DNA of 52,667 nt from Candidatus Nanohaloarchaea archaeon (GTDB lineage: Archaea; Nanohalarchaeota; Nanosalinia; Nanosalinales; Nanosalinaceae), in assembly GCA_042217695.1 (NCBI GenBank), contig JBDGSE010000036.1, forward strand, positions 1 to 52,667. Reading direction: 5' to 3'. The stretch's first letter is position 1. Each line of letters begins with the position of its first letter. Both the position numbers and the translations under genes were made by a program. The notes under the pieces were generated by a model. That model searched no databases. It was not told the DNA's origin and worked only from the letters and a program-made list of their open reading frames with translations. This document shows, piece by piece, positions 19,288-28,605 of the stretch.

Positions 19288-20295
19288 TCACTCTGCGAGT
19301 ATCAGGTTGTTCCTGATCGTGTCGGGGTTGTGGATCCCGGTCTCTTTCGCCCGGATAAGTACTCTCAGGTTTTTGACCTCTATTATCTTCGCGATGACGT
19401 ATCCCAGGACCGTGGTTATCCCCAGTGGTTCCGTGTGCATCATCTTGAAGGAGTCCTGGAGACGTTTCGCCTCCATGGCGTGTTCTATATCTTCCAGACT
19501 GTCTCCGGCAGGTTCCTCGACCCTGTCCGACTCCAGCACGAGTTCAACTGCCTTTTCAAAGTCGGGAGCGTCTATTACCTCTCCTGCCAGACCTTTCTTC
19601 CGGTTTTCAAGCATCCGGTCCCGTATCCTGGTTTCGTCCACTCCGTATCTCTTCAGTCTCAAGGCGAGCCTGAGGTTCTGGTTCTCTATCTCCCGTGTTA
19701 TGAAGTCCTCCAGGTGTGAGCTGGAGACCCGGTCCGCGAGTTCCTCCAGTTCGTCGTAATACGCCTGGTCCAGTCCGTGTTCTATGTCCTGTAAGGTCTC
19801 CCGGTTCTCCAGGTAGCGCTGGTAGTTAACCGTTGAATCGAAGCTTATCTGCTGGACGATCTCCTCGAAACTTTTCTCGGACAGGTTCTTCAGGTCGGCG
19901 AAGCTGTATGTGGTTACCGGGGTCATCAGGTCCTCGATGTTACCTCTTTCGCCGCCTTTCTTCCACCGCAGCAATCTTTTCAGGCTGATGATGTCGTACC
20001 TCCTCAGGTAGGTCTTTGCCACTTCTTCAAGTTGCTCCGAGGAGAGCTCCACGATGTGTGAAAGTTCTCTGGAAAGGTTTCTGCTGAGTGCCAGCTCCAC
20101 CAGTCTTACTCCGTCGTACCTGGAACCCAGGGCATCGATATCCTCCTTGTAGACTCCCTCCTCCAGGTTCTTTGCTATCTCGTTCGGCTGCATCTTCAGG
20201 AAGTTGTCGTAGTCGTTCCTGTCAAGCAGTTTTGCCTTCTTGGCGCTTACCCGGGCCGACATGTAGGGGTAGTCCTGGTCCAGTCCGAAGCTCAT
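19288..20295 (-). CDS. atpC: A/V-type ATP synthase subunit C
   Basis: YPYMSARVSAKKAKLL, EVKNLRVLIRAK; operon position. Confidence 0.95.
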   Translation of the reverse strand: MSFGLDQDYPYMSARVSAKKAKLLDRNDYDNFLKMQPNEIAKNLEEGVYKEDIDALGSRYDGVRLVELALSRNLSRELSHIVELSSEQLEEVAKTYLRRYDIISLKRLLRWKKGGERGNIEDLMTPVTTYSFADLKNLSEKSFEEIVQQISFDSTVNYQRYLENRETLQDIEHGLDQAYYDELEELADRVSSSHLEDFITREIENQNLRLALRLKRYGVDETRIRDRMLENRKKGLAGEVIDAPDFEKAVELVLESDRVEEPAGDSLEDIEHAMEAKRLQDSFKMMHTEPLGITTVLGYVIAKIIEVKNLRVLIRAKETGIHNPDTIRNNLILAE

Positions 20296-20834
20296 CTCTC
20301 TTCTCCAAGCAGTTCCTCCGCGACCTCTTTCCTGTACTCGTCGCGGTACTGTTCAACGATTTTGTCGAAGGTGAAGTTCCTCCTCATGGAGCCGTCCTCT
20401 GATACCAGTATCACTCCCTCCGAATCTATCTCCTGGAAGGATTCATCCACGAGATCCCTGAATCCCGGGCTTCCCTGGACCTCTCCTATCTCGAACTCTG
20501 TCTTATCCAGACAGGTCTGCAGGAACTGTTCACGTTCCGAGTCGGATAGTTCTGAAAGCTCCTCGCGGAAGTCGGAGAACACCTGCTCGAGTACCTCTTG
20601 CTGTGCCTGGAGTTTCCGGTTGCGGGCCTCCATCCTGGCGTTGGAGAGGGCCTCACTTTCCATCGATTCTTTCTCCTTCTCTATCTCGTCCTGAACGTTT
20701 TCGCGGATCTTATCGGCCTCCTCCCGGGCCTCTTCTATGATCTCTTCTTTTTCGTTCTTTGCCTCCTGTACGATGCGTTCTGCTTCTTCCTCCGCGTCGT
20801 TCAGGATGTCGGATTTAACGTCTTCCAGTCCCAT
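20292..20834 (-). CDS. atpE: A/V-type ATP synthase subunit E
   Basis: MGLEDVKSDIL..A EA-rich stalk helix, NFTFD; operon position. Confidence 0.93.
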   Translation of the reverse strand: MGLEDVKSDILNDAEEEAERIVQEAKNEKEEIIEEAREEADKIRENVQDEIEKEKESMESEALSNARMEARNRKLQAQQEVLEQVFSDFREELSELSDSEREQFLQTCLDKTEFEIGEVQGSPGFRDLVDESFQEIDSEGVILVSEDGSMRRNFTFDKIVEQYRDEYRKEVAEELLGEER

Positions 20835-21029
20835 AAACTCACCTAGAGAGTTTAATCATTTCGAAAACCGCGGGGTTTTCTGCAAACGCAGAAACTCCAG
20901 AGGAGTTTCGAGTGTGAAGCCGCACAGGGCGGCTTTCGGTGGTTTGAGTTTCTTTCGTCGTGTTCATAGTATCGTTCTCGGGTTACGGTGGAAATAAATG
21001 AATGGGAGGGGGGAACCCCTCGGGCGTTT

Positions 21030-21248
21030 CTATATGAATCCTGCGAGCACCAGTGCCACTACGAGACCGAAGATAACCATGGTCTCAGGGATGACTGTCA
21101 TGATCAGGACCTGTCCGAACAGGCTGTCGTCCTCGGCGAGAGCGCCAACTCCCGCGGAACCGATCTTTGCCTGGGCGAGTCCTGTGCCCAGTGCGGACAG
21201 CCCGATCGCCAGTCCGGCACCGACTGCTGCTAATCCTTCTACTGCCAC
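21030..21248 (-). CDS. atpK: A/V-type ATP synthase proteolipid subunit K (c), single hairpin
   Basis: Gly-rich helix 1, IPETMVIFGLVV with carrier Glu; GTG start with AGGTGA SD. Confidence 0.95.
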   Translation of the reverse strand: MAVEGLAAVGAGLAIGLSALGTGLAQAKIGSAGVGALAEDDSLFGQVLIMTVIPETMVIFGLVVALVLAGFI

Positions 21249-21316
21249 TCGAAAATCACCTGATTTTCTGCGTGTCCAGCAAATCGTTGATTTGCGTTCA
21301 TTGCTTGATTTTCACC

Positions 21317-23104
21317 TCAAGTATCGATTTCGGATCCGAAGGGTTCGTACCTTCTTCCGCCTCCTTCAAAGAACTTCATGAACAGCTCCACGTAGTGAAG
21401 CCGGATGCCCTGAAGGAAGCCCTCTATGATTTTTATGAACGTGTTGAAGACGTGTCCGATGACGAGCACGAGTGTTCCAAGCACTATCCCGAGGACACCG
21501 CCCCGGAAAAGCGGGAGGGCCAGCGAATCGACCACTGCGGCCAGAGATACCGCGGCGACTGCCACCCCGAATATCCGGAGGTAGGACAGTATGTTGGACA
21601 GCAGCGAGGGGATCTCCACGAGTCCCTCGATTCCCTCTCCCAGGTACAGTGTAACCAGGGATATCGCCATCACTGGGGCGCCTGCTGCTGCGCCAAGGAA
21701 GTACCAGAGTCCGGCCCCGGCCTCCAGCAGCATCCAGCTGCCTTTCTCCAGGAAAGCCTCCTTTAAACCGTGTCTCACGTATTCGTTGTAGGCCCCGAGC
21801 AGGTATCCCATGTTGACGTGTACCAGCCCCATCAGCGCCGATACCTTGAACACCTTGCCCAGGTGTTCTGCCCGGTGGAACAGAACCGGTATCTCGCTGA
21901 AAAGATGGATGCCGGTGACCTGGGCCAGTTTCGAGTGCTCCCCGAATATCATGAACCCGAAAGCATCGCCGAACGCCAGGCCGAACAGGATGGTGAACAC
22001 GGAGGCGTACATCAGTGAAACAAAGATATCCTTCGCCTGAGGGAACATCCTGTATCCCAGGTAGAACACGGCCAGCGTGGTCAGACCGTAGCCGGCGTCA
22101 CCTATCATGAACCCGAAGAATAGCGGGAAAGTCAGGAATATCATGAAGCTGGGGTCCAGCTCGTTGTACCTGGGGACGGAGACCAGGTCTGTCAGGGGCT
22201 CAAATGGCTGGACTATCGCCGGGTTCTCGTGTTTCACCGGAGGGTTGTCGCCCTCTTCCCGTTCGATGTGGACCTTGCCGTCGGTCACGTCTGCGACCTG
22301 TTCCTCGAACCGGTCGTAGTCCTTCGATGGGATCCAGCCCTGTGCTATGAACGCGCTGTCCGTGGTCGCGAAATCCAGCGGGGCCTCCGCTTTCTCCACG
22401 CGTTCCGCGAGATAGTTTTCAACATCCTCGACTTTCGGCCTCCATTCGTCGGCCAGTTTCTGGAGCTTCCTCTCGGTGTCCTCTACTTTTTCCTGTATCT
22501 CGTTCCTCTCTTTCTGTATGTCGTCCAGTATGTCCTCTACACGTCCCTTCCTCTCCCTGTCCGGGAGGCTGTACTCTGTTTTACGTGCCTCAAGCAGGGC
22601 GTCCTCTGCGTCCGAATCCTTCTCGTAGACCACTGCGGACGCGGATTCTCCCTCTATTATCTCGTATCTCTCCGCTTTCGAGAGTTCCTCCCGGTCCACC
22701 TTACCTATGAAGACTCCCAGTTTTTCTGTACCTTTGAGATCCTCGTAGCGCAGGCCGGTGGACTGGAGCCTCCGGTAGAACTTTTCCTCTTCTTTCAGGG
22801 TGGAGAGCTCTCTCTTTCGTCCTTCTTTTTTCGCTATAAGCCGGTCTACATCTTCTGATACCTCGGGTATCCGTTCCTGGACCTCCTCGATGGATGCAGA
22901 GCCTGTCTCTTCTGTATCCGGCAGCTTTGATAGCAGGGAACGGGCGTCCACCAGGAGCTGTGATAGCTCTTCGGCGCCCTCGAGCGGGTCGCCTTTTTCC
23001 AGTTCTCCCTCGTAGGAATCGATGTCGAGTATTCCGAGGTCGTAGAAAGTGTCTATAACGTCCTCAAGATACTTCTTCGGGCCTGTTACCGAGATCCGGG
23101 TCAT
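21317..23104 (-). CDS. atpI: A/V-type ATP synthase subunit I (a)
   Basis: P.YNELDP, FFGFMIGDAGYG, NILSYLRI, IRLHYVE; true start may be ATA at 23119. Confidence 0.96.
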   Translation of the reverse strand: MTRISVTGPKKYLEDVIDTFYDLGILDIDSYEGELEKGDPLEGAEELSQLLVDARSLLSKLPDTEETGSASIEEVQERIPEVSEDVDRLIAKKEGRKRELSTLKEEEKFYRRLQSTGLRYEDLKGTEKLGVFIGKVDREELSKAERYEIIEGESASAVVYEKDSDAEDALLEARKTEYSLPDRERKGRVEDILDDIQKERNEIQEKVEDTERKLQKLADEWRPKVEDVENYLAERVEKAEAPLDFATTDSAFIAQGWIPSKDYDRFEEQVADVTDGKVHIEREEGDNPPVKHENPAIVQPFEPLTDLVSVPRYNELDPSFMIFLTFPLFFGFMIGDAGYGLTTLAVFYLGYRMFPQAKDIFVSLMYASVFTILFGLAFGDAFGFMIFGEHSKLAQVTGIHLFSEIPVLFHRAEHLGKVFKVSALMGLVHVNMGYLLGAYNEYVRHGLKEAFLEKGSWMLLEAGAGLWYFLGAAAGAPVMAISLVTLYLGEGIEGLVEIPSLLSNILSYLRIFGVAVAAVSLAAVVDSLALPLFRGGVLGIVLGTLVLVIGHVFNTFIKIIEGFLQGIRLHYVELFMKFFEGGGRRYEPFGSEIDT

Positions 23105-23125
23105 CTCTTCAGGTTTTATCGCCGG

Positions 23126-23446
23126 TCACCCCAGGAACTCTTCCCTGAATCTTGAGACCAGGATGTCCTTTGCGTCATCGCTTCTTTTCGCCGCCTTGCT
23201 TTTGAGCTCCCGAGCTTCATCTTTGCCTTCCTCTATGATATCTTTCCTCTCTTCTTCCATCTGTTCCCTGAAGTCCTCGAGTTCTTTCTCCTTTTCCTCC
23301 TTCGCGTTTTCCCTTGCTGCGTCGACGATGCGGTCGGCCTCTTCACGGGCCTCTTCAAGAATCTCGTCGCGAGTCTCTTCCGCGTCCTCGATTATCGATT
23401 TCGCATCTTTCTCGGCTTTTTTGACTTCTCTTACAACGTTAGCCAA
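23126..23446 (-). CDS. atpH: A/V-type ATP synthase subunit H (G)
   Basis: EA/K-rich helical stalk, first gene of operon; TTG start with AGGTGA SD. Confidence 0.88.
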   Translation of the reverse strand: MANVVREVKKAEKDAKSIIEDAEETRDEILEEAREEADRIVDAARENAKEEKEKELEDFREQMEEERKDIIEEGKDEARELKSKAAKRSDDAKDILVSRFREEFLG

Positions 23447-23483
23447 ACGGCCTCACCTACGGGTAAACAGGTGGCTGAAACTC

Positions 23484-23490
23484 TTATAAA
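23484..23490 (-). promoter_or_regulatory. TATA box of ATP synthase operon
   Basis: TTTATAA on minus strand about 38 nt upstream of atpH start. Confidence 0.6.
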
Positions 23491-23601
23491 GGAAACGAGA
23501 GCGTGTTTCCTGTTACTATTTAAAAAAATTTTTAGAGCCCGGGCAGTAACTAAAGCCGGGAGACGCCCGGGTTGAAATAAGTTTAGACCGCTTTATCTTC
23601 C

Positions 23602-24696
23602 ATGGAGGAACGCGGCATAAGGATATTCGCCCCGGACGAGGAGGAGCCCACCAAGGATTCCGAGGTGTTCTTCAACGAGGAGATGAGGAGGAACCGTGAC
23701 CTGTCCGAGATAGCTCTCAGCGTCTTCGCCGGGGAATCGGATATAGACGAGTTGCGGGCGGTTGACGCCCTTGCAGGCACCGGTATAAGAGGGATGCGTT
23801 ACGCGGGGCACGCCGACCGGGTGTTCCTGAACGATACCAATCCCTCGGCGGTTGAAAACATCGAAAGGGCCCTCGACGAGAACGGTATAGATGCCGAGGT
23901 CTCGAACAAGGACGCCAACGTCCTTCTTTCCGAACACAGGAACTACTTCCACTTCATAGATATCGACCCCTTCGGTCCATTCACCAGTTTCCTGGATTCT
24001 GCCGCGAGAGCCACCAACCACAACGGTTTCGCAGGTTTTACTGCAACAGATAACGCCGTGGCCGCGGGCAGCTATGTGAAGACCTGCAGGAGACGTTACG
24101 GTGTCGAACCGATGGACGAGAGCTTCATGCACGAGGTCGGCCTCCGGATCTATATTGGTGAGGTGTTCCGGAACTACGCCCGTTTCGACAAATGCTTCGA
24201 CCCAAAGATCAGTTTTCACCACCGCCATTACTCACGGGTGATGGGCCGTGTCACCGAATCCAAGAGACGGACCAACCGTTCCCTGGACAGTATGGGTTAT
24301 CTGTCGTTCTGTCCGGACTGCCGGTGGCGTGGCTTCGAGAGGAGAGAGGAGTGCCCTGTCTGCGGGTCAGGGACACGGATCGCGGGCCCTCTATGGACGG
24401 GCAAGTTTGTTGACAGAAGGTTTACTGAAAAGATGCTGGAGGAGTTCCCCGGGGACTGGGAGTCGAAAGAGTTCCTGGAGACAGTCCACGGCGAATCCGA
24501 GATACTGACCCCATTCTACGACATGCATGAACTTGCGTCCTCCCTGAAAGTCCAGGTACCTCCCAGGGACGACGTTCTTGAGGCGATAGAGGAGAGAGGT
24601 TATCCGGTCTCAGAGACACATTTCTCCCCCACAGGTTTCAGGACGGACGCACCCGTCGAGGATGTCCGGCAGATTATAGAGGATTTATCGCCGTAA
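23602..24696 (+). CDS. trm1: tRNA (guanine-26)-N2,N2-dimethyltransferase
   Basis: VFFN..M..NRDLS, DALAGTGIRGMRY, IDIDPFG, TATD, CxxC..CxxC, GPLWTG. Confidence 0.95.
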   Translation: MEERGIRIFAPDEEEPTKDSEVFFNEEMRRNRDLSEIALSVFAGESDIDELRAVDALAGTGIRGMRYAGHADRVFLNDTNPSAVENIERALDENGIDAEVSNKDANVLLSEHRNYFHFIDIDPFGPFTSFLDSAARATNHNGFAGFTATDNAVAAGSYVKTCRRRYGVEPMDESFMHEVGLRIYIGEVFRNYARFDKCFDPKISFHHRHYSRVMGRVTESKRRTNRSLDSMGYLSFCPDCRWRGFERREECPVCGSGTRIAGPLWTGKFVDRRFTEKMLEEFPGDWESKEFLETVHGESEILTPFYDMHELASSLKVQVPPRDDVLEAIEERGYPVSETHFSPTGFRTDAPVEDVRQIIEDLSP

Positions 24697-24733
24697 CACA
24701 GGATTCAAATACCTGGTCGCGAAATAACCAACT

Positions 24734-25147
24734 ATGAAGAATCCCTGGTACGAGGTTCTCGAGGCCCTGTACGAACACGATGAACTCTGGGAGATGGAGG
24801 CATCTCAGGTCTCCCAGCTGGCGGAACTCACCGAGCTTGAAGAGGAACAGGTTGAGGAGACGCTTGAGAACCTTGAAAACCAGGAGCTCATCAAGAGAGA
24901 GCTGGATACCATCATCCTCACGAAGAGAGGGTTTGACCTCATCAGCCAGAAGGAGACCCACGAGGAACAGTTGCTGACGGAAAGATTGCTCCTGGTGTTC
25001 GTGACCGCACTCTCCTTGGGGACGCTGATGGATACGGCTATAGCGGTGGGGCAGACCAACAACGTGTTTTTGCAGGTGGCCTACAACGCTCTCTTCGCGA
25101 TAATATTCATAGTCCTCGGCATGATTGCCAAGCAGAACATGGGGTAG
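24734..25147 (+). CDS. Winged-helix protein with two C-terminal TM helices
   Basis: LAELTEL....VEETLENLENQELI....ILTKRG wHTH pattern followed by two hydrophobic helices. Confidence 0.65.
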   Translation: MKNPWYEVLEALYEHDELWEMEASQVSQLAELTELEEEQVEETLENLENQELIKRELDTIILTKRGFDLISQKETHEEQLLTERLLLVFVTALSLGTLMDTAIAVGQTNNVFLQVAYNALFAIIFIVLGMIAKQNMG

Positions 25148-25186
25148 AAAAATAAATAGGGAGGAGAGGGCCGTGTTTGAACGGCT

Positions 25187-26254
25187 TTAATTGCTCTTTT
25201 CCTCGAGTTCGTCCTCGAGTCCGAGCTTCTCCGCGAGCTCCTTGTAGCGGTTCCGGATCGTCACTTCGGTTACGCCGACAACGTCCGCGACCTCTCTCTG
25301 CGTCCGTTTCTCGCCTTCGAGAACGGCGGCGATGTAGAGAGCGGCTGCAGCGAGTCCTGTAGGTCCTTTGCCGGATAGAAGGTCTCGTTCACGGGCCTCC
25401 TTCAGGATGTTCCTGGCTCGTGCCTGTACCTCTCCGGATAGCTGAAGTTTTCCAGCGAAACGCGGCACATAGTCCTGCGGCTTCGCCGGTAGGATCCTGA
25501 GTCCTAGTTCCCGTGCAACGTACCTGTAGGCGCGGCCGATCTCTCGCTTTTCGATGCCGGAGGCCTCGGAGATCTCGTCCAGTGTCCTCGGTGTGCCCTG
25601 CTTCCGCGCGACGATGTATATCAGCGCGGAGATGATGGACTCCATTGAGCGTCCGCGGACCAGTCCCTGGTCGACCGCCTTTTCGTAAAGACGGGCAACC
25701 TCTTCGTGGACTGACTCCGGCAGGTTCAGGTTGGAGATCATCGAGTTGAGTTCGCTCAGCGCGAATCCAAGGTTCCGGTCCTTCGACTTTGTCAGGCGTT
25801 TATGCCATTTCCTGAGACGGTAGTACTGCGCCCTCTTGTCTCCGGAAACCTTGTAGAGTTCTCCAGAACCCTTTCCGATCTCGGTGGATACGCCCATGTC
25901 GTGTTTCGTGTACGTCAGGGGCTGGCCGGCGCGGGCTTTCTTTTCCTTTTCTTCCGCGTTGAAGGCCCTCCATTCTGCGGACTCATCGATACGGTTCTCG
26001 TCGATCACCATTCCACATTCGACACAGATGAGCTCGCCCTTCGCGGAGTCCTCCTCGAATCTCTGGGACCCACATTCGGGACAGGTCAGGACCACGTCGC
26101 CTTCCTCGGCTTCCTCCTGTCTTATCTCGTAATCGGCTTCCTTTTCCTCGTCAGGTTTTTCTTCCTCTTCTTCCTCTTCCTCGTCTTCTTCCCACTCGTC
26201 GGGGATGTCGTATTCATCAAATTCTCTTCGGGGGATGTTGGCTGAGTCTGTCAT
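25187..26254 (-). CDS. tfb: Transcription initiation factor IIB
   Basis: CPECG..CVECG Zn ribbon, EWRAF, cyclin repeats GRS and GKGP, VTEVTIRNRYKEL. Confidence 0.98.
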   Translation of the reverse strand: MTDSANIPRREFDEYDIPDEWEEDEEEEEEEEKPDEEKEADYEIRQEEAEEGDVVLTCPECGSQRFEEDSAKGELICVECGMVIDENRIDESAEWRAFNAEEKEKKARAGQPLTYTKHDMGVSTEIGKGSGELYKVSGDKRAQYYRLRKWHKRLTKSKDRNLGFALSELNSMISNLNLPESVHEEVARLYEKAVDQGLVRGRSMESIISALIYIVARKQGTPRTLDEISEASGIEKREIGRAYRYVARELGLRILPAKPQDYVPRFAGKLQLSGEVQARARNILKEARERDLLSGKGPTGLAAAALYIAAVLEGEKRTQREVADVVGVTEVTIRNRYKELAEKLGLEDELEEKSN

Positions 26255-26388
26255 AGTAAGAAGATTTCACCCGCAAAACATAAAAGCCCCCCAACTTTTA
26301 AATATATTTTCCTCGGTAGATTTACGTTTTAGTGACAACAGGCCGGGATGAAAGTTAATTTAATCATTGGCTGGTAAAAGAGGAAATT

Positions 26389-27456
26389 ATGGTGGAGGAC
26401 GAATCCCGGGTCCAGAGAGAAACCTTGGCTGTCGCGGCCCTTCTGTTTCTCGGAAGCCTCTTCATACTATACCCGTTTCTTGACGCCATAATAATGGCGC
26501 TGGCCACCGCCTATCTTCTCCGGTTCGCCCACGACAGGATTAACAGCAGGATACACAACGACCTCGTATCCTCCATAATAATAATCTCTGCTGTCCTGGG
26601 AGTTGTCTCTCTGGGTACGTTCTTCTTCATAAACAACTTCTTCGATATACTTTCACAGCTCAACCAGTTCACAGGCTCCTTGAGAGACACGCTGCTCCAG
26701 ATATTTGAGATGCTAAACCTCCCGGAGACGTTCCAGCAGAACGTGGACCGCTTCATCAACCGGATATCTGAGGCGACCACTTCAACACTTCTTGGGATAT
26801 TCACCTCTCTCCCGTCTGTGTTTATCGACCTGGGCATATTCCTTGTCACGGCGGTGTACCTTTACAGGGATCGGTCCAAGATAGAGAACCAGCTCCACGG
26901 GCTGCTCGATAACCTGCCGGCGCCGGAGGCCAAGATACTGAGATCGCTCATAAGGTCTATAGACAACATATTCCGTGGCGTGTTCATGACCCAGGTGATA
27001 GTTGCATTGATACTTGGTGTGCTGACCGCCGTGGGTTTCAGCGCTATAGCCGTCCTGACATCCTCGATACCGTTCATACCGCTCTGGGCGTTCCTGGTTG
27101 GTGTGGCGGCGCTCCTCCCATTAATGGCAGCTTTCATGGTCTACGGGCCGCTGGGGATATACTACCTTTTCGTGGGGCAACCGCTGAAAGGAGTGATAAT
27201 ACTGGTTTTCGGGGCATTCCTGCTCAACGTCCTCTCGGAGATATTCATCCGACCCTACATAGGTTCCAGGCAGATGGACGAGCACCCTCTCGTGGTTTTC
27301 CTCGGTTTCCTTGCCGGGCCGCTGGTGCTCGGCCTTAAAGGCCTTATTATCGGACCGCTGCTCCTCATACTCACGAAGGAGTTCATCCTCAACTACACTA
27401 ATCTGGTTTCCGGCTACTCTGTTCCGACCCGCAGTGAGGACACGGCAGAGAACTGA
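26389..27456 (+). CDS. AI-2E (PerM) family transporter
   Basis: Multi-TM; IRP..., HPLVVFLGFLAG...G.KGLIIGP. Confidence 0.9.
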   Translation: MVEDESRVQRETLAVAALLFLGSLFILYPFLDAIIMALATAYLLRFAHDRINSRIHNDLVSSIIIISAVLGVVSLGTFFFINNFFDILSQLNQFTGSLRDTLLQIFEMLNLPETFQQNVDRFINRISEATTSTLLGIFTSLPSVFIDLGIFLVTAVYLYRDRSKIENQLHGLLDNLPAPEAKILRSLIRSIDNIFRGVFMTQVIVALILGVLTAVGFSAIAVLTSSIPFIPLWAFLVGVAALLPLMAAFMVYGPLGIYYLFVGQPLKGVIILVFGAFLLNVLSEIFIRPYIGSRQMDEHPLVVFLGFLAGPLVLGLKGLIIGPLLLILTKEFILNYTNLVSGYSVPTRSEDTAEN

Positions 27457-27847
27457 TTTGCCGGCCACAGTTGTCACAGACCTGCACCCAGCTTCTCTTT
27501 TCTTTGACCGCTGGCTCCATGAAGCCCTCGAAATCCGCCTCCAGGTGGAGAGCCAGATTCTGGAGGTCTTTATCGTCTGTTACCAGATCGGTGTCCAGAG
27601 TTAACGCCAGCGCAAGCAGTTTCTCGTCTACTTCCGAAGTATCTGACCCAATCTCCTCCGATTTCTTTTTTACGCGTTCCAGTTTATCTTCGTCGGGTTC
27701 TTCCGGTTTCAGGTCAATTGTGTCGGCCTGGAGACGTGCACTGGAGCTTTTGAGCTCGTCAAACATCTCAGGTACAGTATACGCTGATTTAAACGGGTAG
27801 CGTCCCCTTCCATGTATCAGGACGTTTGCGTCGACCACTGGCGGCAT
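27398..27847 (-). CDS. nob1: Nob1-like PIN-domain endoribonuclease
   Basis: VVDAN, SEVD..LLALAL, TDD.DLQNLA, C-terminal CxxC..CPxCG. Confidence 0.88.
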   Translation of the reverse strand: MPPVVDANVLIHGRGRYPFKSAYTVPEMFDELKSSSARLQADTIDLKPEEPDEDKLERVKKKSEEIGSDTSEVDEKLLALALTLDTDLVTDDKDLQNLALHLEADFEGFMEPAVKEKRSWVQVCDNCGRQISSLPCPHCGSEQSSRKPD

Positions 27848-27912
27848 CTTTAACCCCTGATGACCTATGATTATTAAAAAATATTTGCAGAAACAGTTTA
27901 ACGTGATACACA

Positions 27913-28110
27913 ATGACACTACCTGATGCACCAATCGAGCGAATAATCAGAAAAGCAGGAGCCGAAAGAGTATCAAAGGACGCCGTGGAAGAGCTCAGAG
28001 ATGCTGTAGAAGAGCTAGGCGAGGAAATCGCCCGGGACGCCATAGAGATGGCCGAACACGCAGACCGGAACACGGTGAAAAAAGAAGACATCGATCTTGC
28101 AACGGAGTGA
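27913..28110 (+). CDS. Archaeal histone (HMf-type singlet)
   Basis: [28 protein letters not shown]. Confidence 0.97.
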   Translation: MTLPDAPIERIIRKAGAERVSKDAVEELRDAVEELGEEIARDAIEMAEHADRNTVKKEDIDLATE

Positions 28111-28164
28111 TCTCCCTTGAAAACCGTAGATTCACGGCTTTCAGAGGTAGAGGGTGGTCTCTAG

Positions 28165-28548
28165 ATGCCGCAGCAGATGGAAGCCTCCAAGCTGAGCGAA
28201 GGAACGTACGTGATACTGGATGACGAACCCTGCGAGGTGCGAGCAGTCTCCAAGTCCTCGCCGGGCAAGCACGGTTCCGCCAAGATCAAGATAAAGGCCC
28301 GTGGCGTGTTCGACGAGAAGGACCGTCACGTTACCAAGCCCGGAGACGCGATGCTGATGAGTCCCGACATCGACAAGAAGGTCGGACAGGTAGTCTCCAG
28401 GGATGGCAACATCGCCCAGGTCATGGACATGGACACGTATGAGACCGAGGAGATGGAGCTGCCAGAGGATCTCGATGCTGGAGAAGGTGACGAGATAAAG
28501 TACTGGCAGATAGACGACCGGAAACTTGTGAAGGGGCTCAACAAATAG
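28165..28548 (+). CDS. eif5a: Translation factor aIF5A
   Basis: SPGKHGSAK hypusine loop. Confidence 0.97.
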   Translation: MPQQMEASKLSEGTYVILDDEPCEVRAVSKSSPGKHGSAKIKIKARGVFDEKDRHVTKPGDAMLMSPDIDKKVGQVVSRDGNIAQVMDMDTYETEEMELPEDLDAGEGDEIKYWQIDDRKLVKGLNK

Positions 28549-28605
28549 CCCCTCCTCCCCTGTTTTTTGACGAAGAATTAAAATCTTCGCCGAGTACCTA
28601 GAATT

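Noticed and set aside
27398..27456. 59-nt convergent overlap of AI-2E transporter and nob1 3' ends
   Set aside because: Common in compact genomes; no further evidence of function
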